This document shows, piece by piece, positions 54,140 through 64,000 of a stretch of 64,000 nucleotides of DNA; position 1 is the first letter of the stretch, and each line of letters begins with the position of its first letter. Source of the stretch: an uncultured Chromatiaceae bacterium (lineage in GTDB: Bacteria; Pseudomonadota; Gammaproteobacteria; JAADHS01); NCBI GenBank assembly GCA_964421045.1, contig CAYQVF010000004.1, positions 16,846 to 80,845 on the forward strand, written 5' to 3'. A model generated the notes under the pieces. It had not been told where the DNA came from. It ran no database searches and saw nothing but the letters and a program-made list of their open reading frames with translations. The position numbers were made by a program, and so were the translations under genes.

Positions 54140-54814
54140 ATGATAAAAATTTTGAAACAGCAACAACATCTAAGCGAGTATTTTCCATTTTTAAGCCATG
54201 CCTCCTCCGAGTTTAGTAAACAATTTTTTCGTAGCGCCTCCCTGATCCATATTCCCGCCGGCCACACTATCGCTTCAGATGGTACAGAGTGTAATCAATT
54301 GGCACTGCTCGTTTCAGGTCAGGTCCGTGTCTATAAACTGGCTGACTCGGGTCGAGAAATCACTCTCTATCGTATCAGTAAAGGTGATAGCTGTGTACTG
54401 ACCGCCTCGTGCATAATGAGCAACACACCCTTTCCCGCCATCGCGACCGCAGAAACGGATGTGGACGCGGTACTTGTCCCCTCAAGACAAGTACATGGAT
54501 GGATGAGCGAATCAAAACCCTGGAATACCTTCATTTTTGGTTTAATTGCAAAACGATTGACGGAAGTGATCGCCGTGCTAGAAGGCGTCGCCTTTCACCG
54601 AATGGATGAACGCATTGCCGCCTACCTGATTGCCATTGCATCACAAGGCCAGACTCTCAATATCACCCATCACGAAATTGCTTCTGACCTGGGTACAAGT
54701 CGAGAGGTGGTGAGTCGCATTCTCAAAGAATTTGAAGGCAAAGGGCTGATCAAAGGAGCTCGTAGTAAACTGACCGTGGTTAATCTGGCTGGCTTACAAA
54801 ATTATCGACAATAG
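54140..54814 (+). CDS. Crp/Fnr-family transcriptional regulator (no FNR-type N-terminal Cys cluster; Dnr/NnrR-like candidate)
   Basis: 224 aa; cNMP-binding-like beta-roll followed by C-terminal HTH (SREVVSRILKEFEGKGLIKG). Confidence 0.75.
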   Translation: MIKILKQQQHLSEYFPFLSHASSEFSKQFFRSASLIHIPAGHTIASDGTECNQLALLVSGQVRVYKLADSGREITLYRISKGDSCVLTASCIMSNTPFPAIATAETDVDAVLVPSRQVHGWMSESKPWNTFIFGLIAKRLTEVIAVLEGVAFHRMDERIAAYLIAIASQGQTLNITHHEIASDLGTSREVVSRILKEFEGKGLIKGARSKLTVVNLAGLQNYRQ

Positions 54815-54959
54815 CCTGTTCTCAAACATTGGAAATGCGCCCTCTCTTTATTACATTTTATTTTTTTGAGAAAGGTGTTTTAGTCACAGACAAGCGCTCA
54901 AACCTTAGCTTATATTGAACCTCGAATATTATAAAATTAAGAGAAAAAGGAGAAACATC

Positions 54960-55145
54960 ATGCAGAAAAATGTTGGAAAAACTGATAAAAACCTTCGTAT
55001 TATTGCCGGACTCGCTGCAATCGGTGTTGGAGCCTACTTTCAAAGCTGGTGGGGCGCCATTGGCCTGGTATTTATCGCCACAGCACTGATAAGCTGGTGT
55101 CCACCTTATGCATTACTGGGCATTAACACCTGTAAAACAAAATAG
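54960..55145 (+). CDS. DUF2892 (YgaP-like) small membrane protein
   Basis: 61 aa from ATG 54960 (AAGGAG SD 8 nt upstream): MQKNVGKTDKNLRIIAGLAAIGVGAYFQSWWGAIGLVFIATALISWCPPYALLGINTC - the conserved DUF2892 pattern R.i.G..l...g.....W.G..G..L..T...g.CP.Y...G..T. ORF track begins at 54915. Confidence 0.6.
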   Translation: MQKNVGKTDKNLRIIAGLAAIGVGAYFQSWWGAIGLVFIATALISWCPPYALLGINTCKTK

Positions 55146-55274
55146 AGCTTAACTGCACCCATGGCGTTAGGTTATAGGCATTCACGCGGCACCTGCACTT
55201 CAGCTTTTCCACGGCGCCCTGCCCTGCCTTTATACCCGGTTCTTTGGGTGCTAGCACCTACATCCCCCATATAG

Positions 55275-55346
55275 GCAATCAGAACGTTCAAATAGAAACC
55301 AAATTTGTACACCGCCACTTGCATAAGTTATTGCGTTTCATTCCTT
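55275..55346 (+). repeat. Copy 2 of ~72-bp direct repeat, downstream of DUF2892 gene
   Basis: CAATCAGAACGTTCAAATAGAAACCAAATTTGTACACCGCCACTTGCATAAGTTATTGCGTTTCATTCCT. Confidence 0.8.
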
Positions 55347-55374
55347 AGCGAAAAAACGCATTGATGCTCGGACT

Positions 55375-56067
55375 CTATAATTCAAATAACAAGCCAAAAA
55401 AATAATTTTTACCTCCCAAGTCAACTTCATTGCCAAGTACATCATCTATCTCTGCGGTGATTTTTGAAAATTCAAAAATCAGGTAGGTGTTATCAATACC
55501 AAAGTCACGCTGTAGCGCATTGGCAGATCCGATATCAAGGCGATCTAACAGAAATTGTATTCCGGCTTTGTAATAGACTCCGTTCGTTTTACCTTTACTT
55601 GTCTCACCTTCATTGACCTTTTGTTTGTAAGATGTACGAGTCATGCCGCCGCCAATATACGGTACAATAAGTTGGCTCTCGCTAAAAATAGCTCTTAAAG
55701 TAACATAAGCACTGACCGGAACAAGAGTGTAATCAATCTCGCCTCCGACTTGATTATTCAGGGGTAATACCCCGCGACCATTTAGAGACAGGTAGCTCGC
55801 CTCTAATCCAATCTCTAGTTGACGTAATATTTTATAGGCTAACGCAACACTGTATTGTTTCATATAATCGTCGTCGTAAAATTTATCCCACTCTTCCAAG
55901 ACTGGATGAAATTGACCAAATTTAATTTCAGTAGACCAGTAAGGTCTGGTTTCATCTGCCAGTGCTTTTGTCGTGGCTACAGATAAAACAACGCCGACTA
56001 TGCAAATCAGTAGATGAGACCTGCAAAAGCAAATAAAGTGTGAAAATAGGGTTGTTGGCGGATTCAT
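55375..56067 (-). CDS. Putative outer-membrane beta-barrel protein
   Basis: 230 aa; hydrophobic N-terminus, alternating amphipathic beta-strand pattern with Tyr/Gly-rich turns, aromatic-rich C-terminus (YFFGLLFEL); 82 bp downstream of beta-helix gene, same strand. Confidence 0.4.
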   Translation of the reverse strand: MNPPTTLFSHFICFCRSHLLICIVGVVLSVATTKALADETRPYWSTEIKFGQFHPVLEEWDKFYDDDYMKQYSVALAYKILRQLEIGLEASYLSLNGRGVLPLNNQVGGEIDYTLVPVSAYVTLRAIFSESQLIVPYIGGGMTRTSYKQKVNEGETSKGKTNGVYYKAGIQFLLDRLDIGSANALQRDFGIDNTYLIFEFSKITAEIDDVLGNEVDLGGKNYFFGLLFEL

Positions 56068-56149
56068 AACTATATTCCTAATTGTATTTTGAGCGATAAG
56101 GCAGCCTAAATTCCTATTAGCTTGTCGAAATTCAGTCGCTTTGCTTCTA

Positions 56150-57844
56150 TTAGCTGAACAACGATGCGATCATAACAAATGGCATCAAAGCAATACGAAC
56201 CAACACTCTCAACAATGGCCGTTTGGCAATGTATGCGGCAAGTGGGGGACTATGCTTATAATAAAATTGAACGAATGCGCGACCTGGCGGATGTGTTAAA
56301 AGATGCTTATCTCGAAAATTGCGCAGAGCTTGAACCTGCGGCGCACTATAAAAACCATAGGCTGCTGTAGCGATAAAGCAACCGTCATTGGGTAAATCAG
56401 GAAAGGCTTGCGTGATCTCTGGAGTGACGGTTAATTCATTGGATAATTCACTGTGGAATGCTTGACCCAGCGTCACTTCTTTTTCTTCGGATAGGGTGCT
56501 TTCATTATCACTTTTTCCGGTGCTATCGTATGTAGTGATAGCGATATAGTATGTCGGCTGGCTAGTGGTGCTAATAGCAACAAGATAGGTTGCACCATTG
56601 GCTAATCCTGTGATGGTATAGGACGTGACATTGCCAACAGCGACCTGTTGCTCTTGCGTATCATTCAAACCATAGTGAATATTATAACTTGTCGCACCGG
56701 GTTGCGCCGTCCAATGCGCTGTAAATTGGCCATTGCCAAAATCGAGACGTAATAACTCGGGTGCTGAGGGCGCGGCCTGATTGGGAGACAAATCTGTAAG
56801 ACGGAATGTGGTTATATTAGCAACATCAATAGGCGATGGCTTCGCCCCCCCTTCTGCGTCGATACCGTTATAAGGTGAGCCACTGCTGTCTGAGTCATAA
56901 TAAACTCTGTAGCCTCCTGGTCTGGTTGTATGGGTGACCAGATAAGCATTATTTTTTCCCCAAGTGATTTCGATAGTAGGCGAGCCCACTGATAGTGTCG
57001 CATCCATCGCGCTCGAAATTTGTACCGGGTACGGAAAAATATCAGCCCATTGCCCACCGTAAGCACCCATATCGGCATCACTTTCATCAATAACATCCTC
57101 GCCAAACCCTTGGTCAATACAAGGTGATTCTTCTATCAAATGAAAATCACTTATTGATGTATTAACAAATAAAGGATCATTGCCGGTGATCGCATTGGTT
57201 CCTTGCACTCCTGGTTGGTCATTATCATAAAAACAATTGTAAGATATCGAACCTAATGCATTAATGCTGTCAATTGCCAGTGTATTTTTAGAAAAAATAT
57301 TATTTTGTATCTCTACAGCTTCATTGTTGTACACAACCGCACGATCTAAATCAAAAAACGTATTGTTTGCAATTTCGATAGTGAAATTGGAATTACCTAA
57401 AATCGAGATACCCACCGTCTCTATATCTACAGTCTCGTTTACTGCATTGAAAACATTGTTTGTAATCAAAACATTGGAGCTATCTAGTAGTTCAACAGCG
57501 ATATCCCCCTCATTTAAAGTAAAGTTTTGCAATGTTACATTGCTGACTTGGTTCATTCGTAGTAGCGGGATATTTTCATCATTGACCTTAAGTATCGTCC
57601 TTGCTGTTTCCTTGCCGCGTAGGGTAATGTTGCTAATAAGATTAATATTTTCTTCATAGGTTCCGACGTCAACAATGATTGTATCCCCAAGCGCTGGTGT
57701 TCGGGCTATTGCGTCGATAGCGCCTTGTATAGTGCCATAATCATCTGGAACATTGACATCTTGAGCATGCGCAACCGCTATAAACCATTGTATTGCCAAG
57801 ATTAGCAAAAATGTCATCCATCGCACTGACTTGAGTCCTTTCAT
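56150..57844 (-). CDS. Secreted right-handed parallel beta-helix (PbH1) repeat protein with FN3 domain and C-terminal 'CFIATAAYG...LRxFRD' hydrophobic domain
   Basis: 564 aa; signal peptide ([18 protein letters not shown]); ≥6 PbH1-type repeats ([18 protein letters not shown]..., [35 protein letters not shown]...); FN3-like segment ([11 protein letters not shown]...SYNIHYGL...[18 protein letters not shown]); C-terminal 78 aa beginning [30 protein letters not shown] and ending in a hydrophobic helix. Confidence 0.6.
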   Translation of the reverse strand: MKGLKSVRWMTFLLILAIQWFIAVAHAQDVNVPDDYGTIQGAIDAIARTPALGDTIIVDVGTYEENINLISNITLRGKETARTILKVNDENIPLLRMNQVSNVTLQNFTLNEGDIAVELLDSSNVLITNNVFNAVNETVDIETVGISILGNSNFTIEIANNTFFDLDRAVVYNNEAVEIQNNIFSKNTLAIDSINALGSISYNCFYDNDQPGVQGTNAITGNDPLFVNTSISDFHLIEESPCIDQGFGEDVIDESDADMGAYGGQWADIFPYPVQISSAMDATLSVGSPTIEITWGKNNAYLVTHTTRPGGYRVYYDSDSSGSPYNGIDAEGGAKPSPIDVANITTFRLTDLSPNQAAPSAPELLRLDFGNGQFTAHWTAQPGATSYNIHYGLNDTQEQQVAVGNVTSYTITGLANGATYLVAISTTSQPTYYIAITTYDSTGKSDNESTLSEEKEVTLGQAFHSELSNELTVTPEITQAFPDLPNDGCFIATAAYGFYSAPQVQALRNFRDKHLLTHPPGRAFVQFYYKHSPPLAAYIAKRPLLRVLVRIALMPFVMIASLFS

Positions 57845-57952
57845 TATTTACAGTGAACTTTAATTTCAATTCGTAGCGTCTATTATATACACCTAAATTT
57901 TAAACGCTATGAGTATGGAGTGTGTTTAGAAACGTGCGCGTCCTTAGAGACG

Positions 57953-57985
57953 AAAAAAAACCCCTTGCTGTATTGCGCGGGGTTT
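57953..57985 (-). terminator. Probable bidirectional intrinsic terminator (end of hemCDXY operon)
   Basis: A8-CCCCttgc...gcgcGGGG-T4 on + strand; on - strand hairpin followed by U8. Confidence 0.55.
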
Positions 57986-58008
57986 TAGTTCGAGGCATGA
58001 AAAAAGTT

Positions 58009-59298
58009 TTACGTTGCAACAGGTCTTAATGCCGCTGCTGGAGCGATGGATAATGTACTAGATTGTTTGTTTTGAATAAGCTCAATGGGTGTACGTTCTA
58101 GTTTCAGATCATCTCGAACCGTGATATTAAGACCTTCGCGGAAACACTCTCCAGCAATGACATTTTCACCCGTTTGCTCCAGTAACTTTCCTAATAACAT
58201 ATAGGTTTCAGGGCGAGGATCCAAATCGACACTTTTTTCAAGATAGGATCGTGCTTTAGACCATAAATGGTTACGCAGTGCTAATCTTCCTAGAGTGAGT
58301 AGCAGTATCGCGTTGTCAGGGCGACGCTTGAGCCAGCGTTCTGCGGTAGCAAGCTGAGGTGCAGGCGCACCGCTATCAACTAACCCATAGAGGTGCACCA
58401 GATTGTCGTCCCAAGCTTGTTTGATTTTGTTGCGCAATATATTCTCAGGTCTTGAACCTTCACCATTTTCGAGCAGGTAACGGATATAGAGAGACAGAAT
58501 CTGTTTGTCTCTTCTCATTTCACTAGGAACCAGCCCCCAGGCATCATCCAAAGCGCGGCTGTCTTCTCCCGTTTGAGATGCCTTGCCAAGCACATGAGCA
58601 AAGGTGCTGCGAGCCAAATCTAAAGCTTCCGTAGAGGTGAGTACTTTATAGGTCTGTAAGTCAGAGATGATTTCAGCGAGATCTTCCCAGGACTGGCTTT
58701 TAATGTAGCAATCTTTAAGCTCTGCTAAAATAAGGGTGTTTTGGGGATCTTTACGCAAAAGTTGTTGCAACTTGCTCGCCGCTTGATCCAATTTTCGATC
58801 CGTAATCAGGAGCTGGGCTGCTGTAATTTCAGCTGAGATATCTGAGATCGAGGTTGTACTTTCTGCAAGCCTTAAACATTTGTCTCGAACTTTTGTGTTG
58901 CCCAGCTCCTGTGCTGCTCTTGCAGTACCCAAATAACTCAGTGCCGCTGTTTTTTTGTGTTTCATGGCTTTGCTTAAGAGTTTTTGCGCAGGTTTCCAGT
59001 GGCCTTGTGCCAATTGTAGAAAGCCTTGATTGAGCGCATTGTTCGCTATTTTTTCGCGTCTGTTGCTCGTATACTTACGTATGGTTTTAGGGCTTCGTAT
59101 TGCGGTTATAAGTAGCCTAACTCCAATATAAAAAATAATAAAGCCTGCCAGTAATGCACCGAGTGTCAGACCAATAGGCGCATTAATCGTTTTTACATCG
59201 TCTATTTGAATCATGACATGGCCAGGATATTTTTCAATTTCCAAGCCTAAATAGACTGCTCCCAGTATAACGACTATCGTTAGGATTAAGAACCTCAT
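58009..59298 (-). CDS. hemY: HemY-family protein (TPR-containing membrane protein of hemCDXY operon)
   Basis: 429 aa; HemY_N-type N-terminal membrane segment then TPR-like helical repeats; operon position after hemX. Confidence 0.85.
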   Translation of the reverse strand: MRFLILTIVVILGAVYLGLEIEKYPGHVMIQIDDVKTINAPIGLTLGALLAGFIIFYIGVRLLITAIRSPKTIRKYTSNRREKIANNALNQGFLQLAQGHWKPAQKLLSKAMKHKKTAALSYLGTARAAQELGNTKVRDKCLRLAESTTSISDISAEITAAQLLITDRKLDQAASKLQQLLRKDPQNTLILAELKDCYIKSQSWEDLAEIISDLQTYKVLTSTEALDLARSTFAHVLGKASQTGEDSRALDDAWGLVPSEMRRDKQILSLYIRYLLENGEGSRPENILRNKIKQAWDDNLVHLYGLVDSGAPAPQLATAERWLKRRPDNAILLLTLGRLALRNHLWSKARSYLEKSVDLDPRPETYMLLGKLLEQTGENVIAGECFREGLNITVRDDLKLERTPIELIQNKQSSTLSIAPAAALRPVAT

Positions 59299-59398
59299 GA
59301 TAGCTTGCTCCCCTTAGTTACCTTAAAAAGTTGCCTTGAAAAAAGGTGTGTTGTTTATTGTCATTCCGCCCGAATAAAGACCGGACAATTCTAACCCC

Positions 59399-60889
59399 TT
59401 ATGAAAGAGAAGGTTTTATTTCTCTTAATACTCTTAAAGAATTTGAAATATCAGGCAAGGTCGGATCCAGTTTCAGTGCGTCCAGGCTGTTTAAATCCTT
59501 GATAAATTTTTGAGTAGTCCCATCTTCCGCATCAAAGTAACGTTGTGTCCAGTCTCTCGCCGCAGCGATACTGCTATGAAAATTGGCATCGTCCTGCCGT
59601 AAAAGTGCCAAACGCGCACTTTCAAGCTTTAATTGCAGATTTTGCTGTAGAAAAAAAGCATGTTCCGGGGGCAGTAAAGGGGCTATAACCTCTCCACCTT
59701 CTGCGATGGTGACACCGGCACTTAAACCTTGCCAGGCGGCACTGGCAAAACCTTTAATTGCAAGTAACGAAGTCGAGGCAATACTCTCTTCTTTAGCAAC
59801 CGCGGGCGCCTCCGTAGCCAATGCTTCCACCGCAGGTGTTGCTTTGGTAACAGTGTTGCGTAATTTACCTGCTTCGCCAGCAAGACGGTTGAGAATAAGT
59901 GACGTGTTATGTAAATCTAACGTTTTAAGACTCTCCAATGCGGCAATGTCAGTATTAACCGCTTCGCGTATTTTTGTAAGCTGCGGATTGTCAATGTTTT
60001 GTAATCGTTGCTCAGCAGTACGTAAAGAGGTGATGGCCTTTATCGGGCTTCTTTCCAATGAAACCTGATTGTTGGCAATGTTCAGAATGTGTTCAACTTC
60101 GTTCAATGCCCAGTCTGTGCGGTTGTTACCGATGGCTTGAGTCAGTTCTTCTTGTGATTTCTGAACTATTAATTGCAGTTTAGTTTGTTCGTCTTCTGTG
60201 GATTTAAGGCGGGTATCCAGGTTGGCGATGGTTGAGTCCAGGCGATTTTGAACTTGCAGCTTCAGCTCACTAAATGAACCTTTTAGTTCGGACAGGGTAC
60301 CATCAGTTTGTGTGATGACATCCTTGGTTTTTGTTGTGGCTCGATTAAGTTCACCTTTTAGAAGTTCGCGAGTTGTCGCGACCAATGCTGCTGTATTTGC
60401 GTCCTGTTGTTTAACGTTGCTGGAAATATTATTGATATTGTTTTCTAGCTGGGATAGAGATTCCTTTATCTCGCTTTCAAGTTCTCGTTGTGCTTCGGCA
60501 ACAAGTGTTTTAAGTTCTGCTGTGGTCTTGGCGGTGCGGTTTTCAGAGGTTTGTTCAAGGGCGCTCTGAACTTGATTTAATTCGGATTGATCAAGCCCCG
60601 TGGTGCCTGCCAATTCACGTTGGACGGTTGACAATTCACTCCATAGAAAAACCCCTACAATAACAGCAACCAAGGCAAGCACAATGGCCGTTGTCGCAAG
60701 TCCGCGGCCACCAGATGTGCTTGTCGGTGTTTCGTCTGCGCTGCTGGGTCGTTTTGGTGCAGCAATACCCATATTGCGGGTTGATCCGGAGGCATTCGCT
60801 TCAGGGGGAGGGGCATTCTTTGTGCTATTTGATTCAGTCGCCGTTGAGTCTGAAGGCTTAGCCTCGGTTGGTATTGGTTTTTCGCTCAT
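59399..60889 (-). CDS. hemX: HemX-family membrane protein (long coiled-coil variant)
   Basis: 496 aa; disordered Ser/Thr/Pro-rich N-terminus, single TM helix, extended coiled-coil; located between hemD and hemY. Confidence 0.7.
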   Translation of the reverse strand: MSEKPIPTEAKPSDSTATESNSTKNAPPPEANASGSTRNMGIAAPKRPSSADETPTSTSGGRGLATTAIVLALVAVIVGVFLWSELSTVQRELAGTTGLDQSELNQVQSALEQTSENRTAKTTAELKTLVAEAQRELESEIKESLSQLENNINNISSNVKQQDANTAALVATTRELLKGELNRATTKTKDVITQTDGTLSELKGSFSELKLQVQNRLDSTIANLDTRLKSTEDEQTKLQLIVQKSQEELTQAIGNNRTDWALNEVEHILNIANNQVSLERSPIKAITSLRTAEQRLQNIDNPQLTKIREAVNTDIAALESLKTLDLHNTSLILNRLAGEAGKLRNTVTKATPAVEALATEAPAVAKEESIASTSLLAIKGFASAAWQGLSAGVTIAEGGEVIAPLLPPEHAFFLQQNLQLKLESARLALLRQDDANFHSSIAAARDWTQRYFDAEDGTTQKFIKDLNSLDALKLDPTLPDISNSLRVLREIKPSLS

Positions 60890-60934
60890 TGAATCTGTCT
60901 CCCCCTAAGTGGGTCTCGAAAATATAATAACGGT

Positions 60935-61735
60935 TTATAAAAATACTTTTTTTAATGTTTCGATTATTGCCGTATTACCTACGGGTGCTGCAATCAAAGG
61001 TTTGTGCTTGAAACCAAGCTGTTCCGCTACAACAACGGCTCTTGAACTCAATACAACCAAGCGCAAATTCAATAACCAGGGACGAAGTACCTCTTCAGTC
61101 ATTATATATAAATTTTCTAATCCTTCGTTACTGGTTGAAACAGCAATATTAATGCGGTTTCGTTGTTCCTCACTGAGCATGCTTGCTATTTTTTGAGTTG
61201 GCATACGTCGTTGATAGACTTCCGCGTAGGTTACCGATGCACCCCGTTTTTTTAAAGTCTCCGCTAAGTATTCTCTGCCACCACTGCCTCGAAAAATAAC
61301 AATATTTTTATTTTTTACATATTGCAAGTCGTTGAGCGCTAACAAGCCCTCACTATCAAACCGTTGATCTGGTATCAAATCAACATGAAGCTGCCCATGA
61401 ACAACCAATGATGTGGCTGTACTCTTGCCTACGGCACCAATCAATAAGTTTTGCGGCCAACTTAAATGATTTTTTTTAAACCATCTAAGGCCATAAGTGA
61501 CTGCATTAGCGCTGACAAAAAGTGCAATATCATAAGTATTAAAGTTTTTAACTACGGCGCTTAGTGAGCCGCTCTCGCTTGCTTTAACCACTTCCAGCGT
61601 AGGGAAAAGGGTGCACTCCCATCCCATGTTTACAATATTTTTACAAAGCTCAATGCCTTGGTCAGCAGGTCGCGTTACTAGAACACTCTTGCGTACCACG
61701 ATCCTGAACTCCCTATTTCTGAGTGTCAGCCTCAA
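60935..61735 (-). CDS. hemD: Uroporphyrinogen-III synthase HemD
   Basis: 266 aa; ...VLVTRP motif near N-terminus; follows hemC. True start may be an internal GTG. Confidence 0.8.
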   Translation of the reverse strand: MRLTLRNREFRIVVRKSVLVTRPADQGIELCKNIVNMGWECTLFPTLEVVKASESGSLSAVVKNFNTYDIALFVSANAVTYGLRWFKKNHLSWPQNLLIGAVGKSTATSLVVHGQLHVDLIPDQRFDSEGLLALNDLQYVKNKNIVIFRGSGGREYLAETLKKRGASVTYAEVYQRRMPTQKIASMLSEEQRNRINIAVSTSNEGLENLYIMTEEVLRPWLLNLRLVVLSSRAVVVAEQLGFKHKPLIAAPVGNTAIIETLKKVFL

Positions 61736-61800
61736 ACTTTAAACTGAGCTGAGCCATTTTTCTAGTGTTTTCTTAAAAATAGTATTAAAAATTTCTTTAT

Positions 61801-62730
61801 TTATCCATTATAAAGTGTTTTTAATATTTTATCTGCACCTTGCTTAAGTAAGTCCTCTGCGACGGTAATGCCGATGGCTGTGGCATCTTCGGGTGCTCCG
61901 CTGGCATCACTTCTGAGTAAAATACGGCCATCAGGCTGGCCAACCAAACCTCTTAAAAAAAGTTTGTTATCAGTAAGTTCCGAGTATCCGGCAATGGGCA
62001 CCTGGCAACCACCTTCTAATTTATGATTCATTGCACGTTCTGCCGCAACACGTATTTGGGTTTCTCTATGGTTAAGCGGCATTAATAATGAAAGCGTTTT
62101 ATCGTCATTTTCTCGACATTCGATACCAACCGCGCCTTGCCCTATAGCGGGAAGTAATGTGCGGGTGTCGATGCGGTCGCGAATACGCTCATTCAATTTT
62201 AAACGGATCAGGCCTGCGGAAGCTAGAATGATCGCGGCATATTCACCTTGATCAAGTTTTTTGAGTCGACTACCGACATTTCCTCGTAAGTCTTTGATGG
62301 TTAAATCAGGTCGTTTTAGCTTAATCTGGCATTGACGCCGTAAACTGGAGGTGCCGACAACCGCGCCTTGTGGTAAATCCTCAATGGATGCGAAATCGTT
62401 AGAAACAAAGGCGTCAGTAGGGTCTTCGCGCTTACAAATGATGGGCAGGTGCAAGCCCATTGGCAGCTCTACCGGGACATCTTTCATGGAATGAACCGCA
62501 ATATCCGCTTCATTCTCCAAAAGGCTTTTTTCTAGCTCTTTGACAAACAAGCCTTTTCCACCTATTTTAGCGAGCGGACTGTCCAGTATTTTGTCCCCTT
62601 GAGTGGTCATAGTCAGGAGTTCTACGGAGAGTCCAGGGTGCGCCTGCTCAAGACTTGCACGCACATATTCTGCTTGCCACAAGGCCAGCGGACTTTTTCG
62701 TGTTGCGATGCGAATAATTTGTTTGCTCAT
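61801..62730 (-). CDS. hemC: Porphobilinogen deaminase (hydroxymethylbilane synthase) HemC
   Basis: N-terminus [23 protein letters not shown] matches HemC start (..[15 protein letters not shown]..); cofactor-binding Cys region; longest ORF begins 62760. Confidence 0.95.
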   Translation of the reverse strand: MSKQIIRIATRKSPLALWQAEYVRASLEQAHPGLSVELLTMTTQGDKILDSPLAKIGGKGLFVKELEKSLLENEADIAVHSMKDVPVELPMGLHLPIICKREDPTDAFVSNDFASIEDLPQGAVVGTSSLRRQCQIKLKRPDLTIKDLRGNVGSRLKKLDQGEYAAIILASAGLIRLKLNERIRDRIDTRTLLPAIGQGAVGIECRENDDKTLSLLMPLNHRETQIRVAAERAMNHKLEGGCQVPIAGYSELTDNKLFLRGLVGQPDGRILLRSDASGAPEDATAIGITVAEDLLKQGADKILKTLYNG

Positions 62731-62838
62731 GGTCGTTTCAAGTGTGCTTTCGAAAAACACTAATGCTACCTTGCATTGACTTAGAGTTCTAGTGCGAATT
62801 ATAACCTTTTGATTTTATAATTAAATTTGGAGAGCCTT

Positions 62839-64000
62839 GTGTCAGAAAATAAACCAAAGAGAAAACTATGGGGAGGGCGCTTTAGCGAAGCGACTCATGT
62901 GGCCGTAGAAGCATTCAATGCTTCTGTGGATTTTGATCAACGATTGTATCGCTATGACATTCTTGGTTCTCAGGCGCATGCGCAGATGCTGGCTAAGGTG
63001 GGTGTGCTGACAGAGGATGAGTGTTCATCGATTTGCCAGGGTTTAGATCAAATTTTGTTAGATATTGAAGCTGATGAGTTCGAGTGGTCGATTGCTCTGG
63101 AAGATGTCCATATGAATATTGAAGCAAAGTTGACAGAAAAAATAGGCATCGCCGGCAAAAAACTCCACACAGGGCGTTCGCGTAATGATCAGGTGGCCAC
63201 CGATATTCGTTTATATTTACGTGATGAAATTGATAATGTGATGACGCAGCTTGACCGTTTAAAAAATGGACTGCTCGACCTGGCCGAAAAAGAGGCGGAT
63301 ACGATCATGCCCGGGTTTACTCATTTACAGGTCGCTCAGCCGGTCACTTTTGGCCATCATTTATTAGCCTGGTACGAAATGTTAAAACGGGATGGGTTGC
63401 GGATGAGGGACTGTCGCCGACGTGTCAACCGAATGCCATTGGGAGCGGCGGCTCTGGCAGGGACAACGTATCCCATTGATAGAGCCTATACCGCTTCTTT
63501 ACTCGGTTTTGATGGGCTGTGTGAAAATTCATTGGATGCCGTCAGCGATAGAGACTTTGCCATTGAGTTTTGCAGTGCTGCGGCGATTCTTATGATGCAT
63601 TTATCCCGATTTTCAGAAGAGCTGATCATCTGGTCATCGGCTCAATTTAATTTTATCGAATTACCTGATCGTTTTTGCACTGGCTCTTCCATTATGCCGC
63701 AGAAAAAAAATCCGGATATACCCGAGCTGGTCAGAGGCAAAACCGGGAGAGTGAATGGTGATTTGATTGCCCTGTTAACTATAATGAAAGGTCAACCCCT
63801 AGCCTATAATAAAGACAATCAGGAGGATAAAGAGCCGCTGTTTGATGCGGTTGATACGGTGAAAATGTCGGTGAGTATTTTTGCTGATATGGTGCCGGTA
63901 ATGATGGCCAATAAAAAAAACATGGAAAAGGCAGCGCTGCAAGGATTCTCAACCGCAACAGATCTAGCCGATTATTTAGTACGCAAAGGCCTGGCTTTTC
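62839..64000 (+). CDS. argH: Argininosuccinate lyase ArgH (5' part; continues beyond window)
   Basis: GTG start with GGAG 7 nt upstream; translation [20 protein letters not shown]...[19 protein letters not shown] and fumarase/aspartase-family signature region; not in ORF track because no stop codon within window. Confidence 0.9.
   Translation, partial: MSENKPKRKLWGGRFSEATHVAVEAFNASVDFDQRLYRYDILGSQAHAQMLAKVGVLTEDECSSICQGLDQILLDIEADEFEWSIALEDVHMNIEAKLTEKIGIAGKKLHTGRSRNDQVATDIRLYLRDEIDNVMTQLDRLKNGLLDLAEKEADTIMPGFTHLQVAQPVTFGHHLLAWYEMLKRDGLRMRDCRRRVNRMPLGAAALAGTTYPIDRAYTASLLGFDGLCENSLDAVSDRDFAIEFCSAAAILMMHLSRFSEELIIWSSAQFNFIELPDRFCTGSSIMPQKKNPDIPELVRGKTGRVNGDLIALLTIMKGQPLAYNKDNQEDKEPLFDAVDTVKMSVSIFADMVPVMMANKKNMEKAALQGFSTATDLADYLVRKGLAF

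Noticed and set aside
1-64000. CRISPR arrays, rRNA, ordinary tRNA genes, IS transposases
   Set aside because: No regularly spaced direct repeats, no rRNA-like or cloverleaf tRNA sequences (other than tmRNA), and no transposase-like ORFs detected on inspection.

Overview
This looks like a gammaproteobacterial chromosome segment (tmRNA tag ANDDNYALAA) near the replication origin, since mnmG/gidA-rsmG/gidB-parA-parB sits at 17.4-22 kb. Most of it is conserved housekeeping genes. On the plus strand: lipB(partial)-lipA, mnmG-rsmG-parAB, argH (partial). On the minus strand: ubiE-ubiJ-ubiB, hslVU, purT, hemE, a complete periplasmic nitrate reductase operon napEFDABC (napE is absent from the ORF track; I found it by hand), cysQ, lysC-alaS-recX-recA, corC-ybeY-ybeZ(phoH)-miaB and hemCDXY. 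ssrA (tmRNA) lies at 32.7-33.0 kb. Accessory pockets sit between these blocks. The first is a compact DUF2235 (Tle1-like) hydrolase, an Ig-like lipoprotein and an orphan MotA/MotB stator pair (1.8-6.6 kb). The second is a secreted S8 protease with a divergent AraC regulator (13-16 kb). The third is an atypical PilZ-like protein plus two hypothetical genes, one translationally coupled to hemE (23-25 kb). The fourth lies downstream of ssrA: a LuxR-family regulator, a FetB-like permease and a 1341-aa repeat/BNR beta-propeller surface protein with a GlyGly-CTERM-like tail (33.5-39.6 kb). The fifth is a sigma-54 activator with a Cys/His-rich sensor, followed by a Crp-family regulator plus DUF2892 gene pair bracketed by a ~72-bp direct repeat, then a beta-helix/FN3 secreted protein carrying a C-terminal 'CFIATAAYG' domain and an outer-membrane-protein-like gene (52.5-57.8 kb). 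Non-coding structure includes three unrelated inverted-repeat-flanked ~170-180-bp (MITE-like) elements, each at the 3' end of a transcription unit (26.7, 33.3 and 47.3 kb). There is also a perfect 24-bp palindrome at 52.5 kb and C7-C9 homopolymer tracts in long intergenic regions. I found no CRISPR array, integrase, transposase, rRNA or ordinary tRNA. No canonical defence system is recognisable. The most system-like novelties are the repeat-bracketed regulator cassette next to the sigma-54 sensor, the CFIATAAYG-tailed beta-helix protein with its OMP, and the orphan MotAB pair with its neighbours. All calls come from reading the translations and DNA by eye; no database searches were run.
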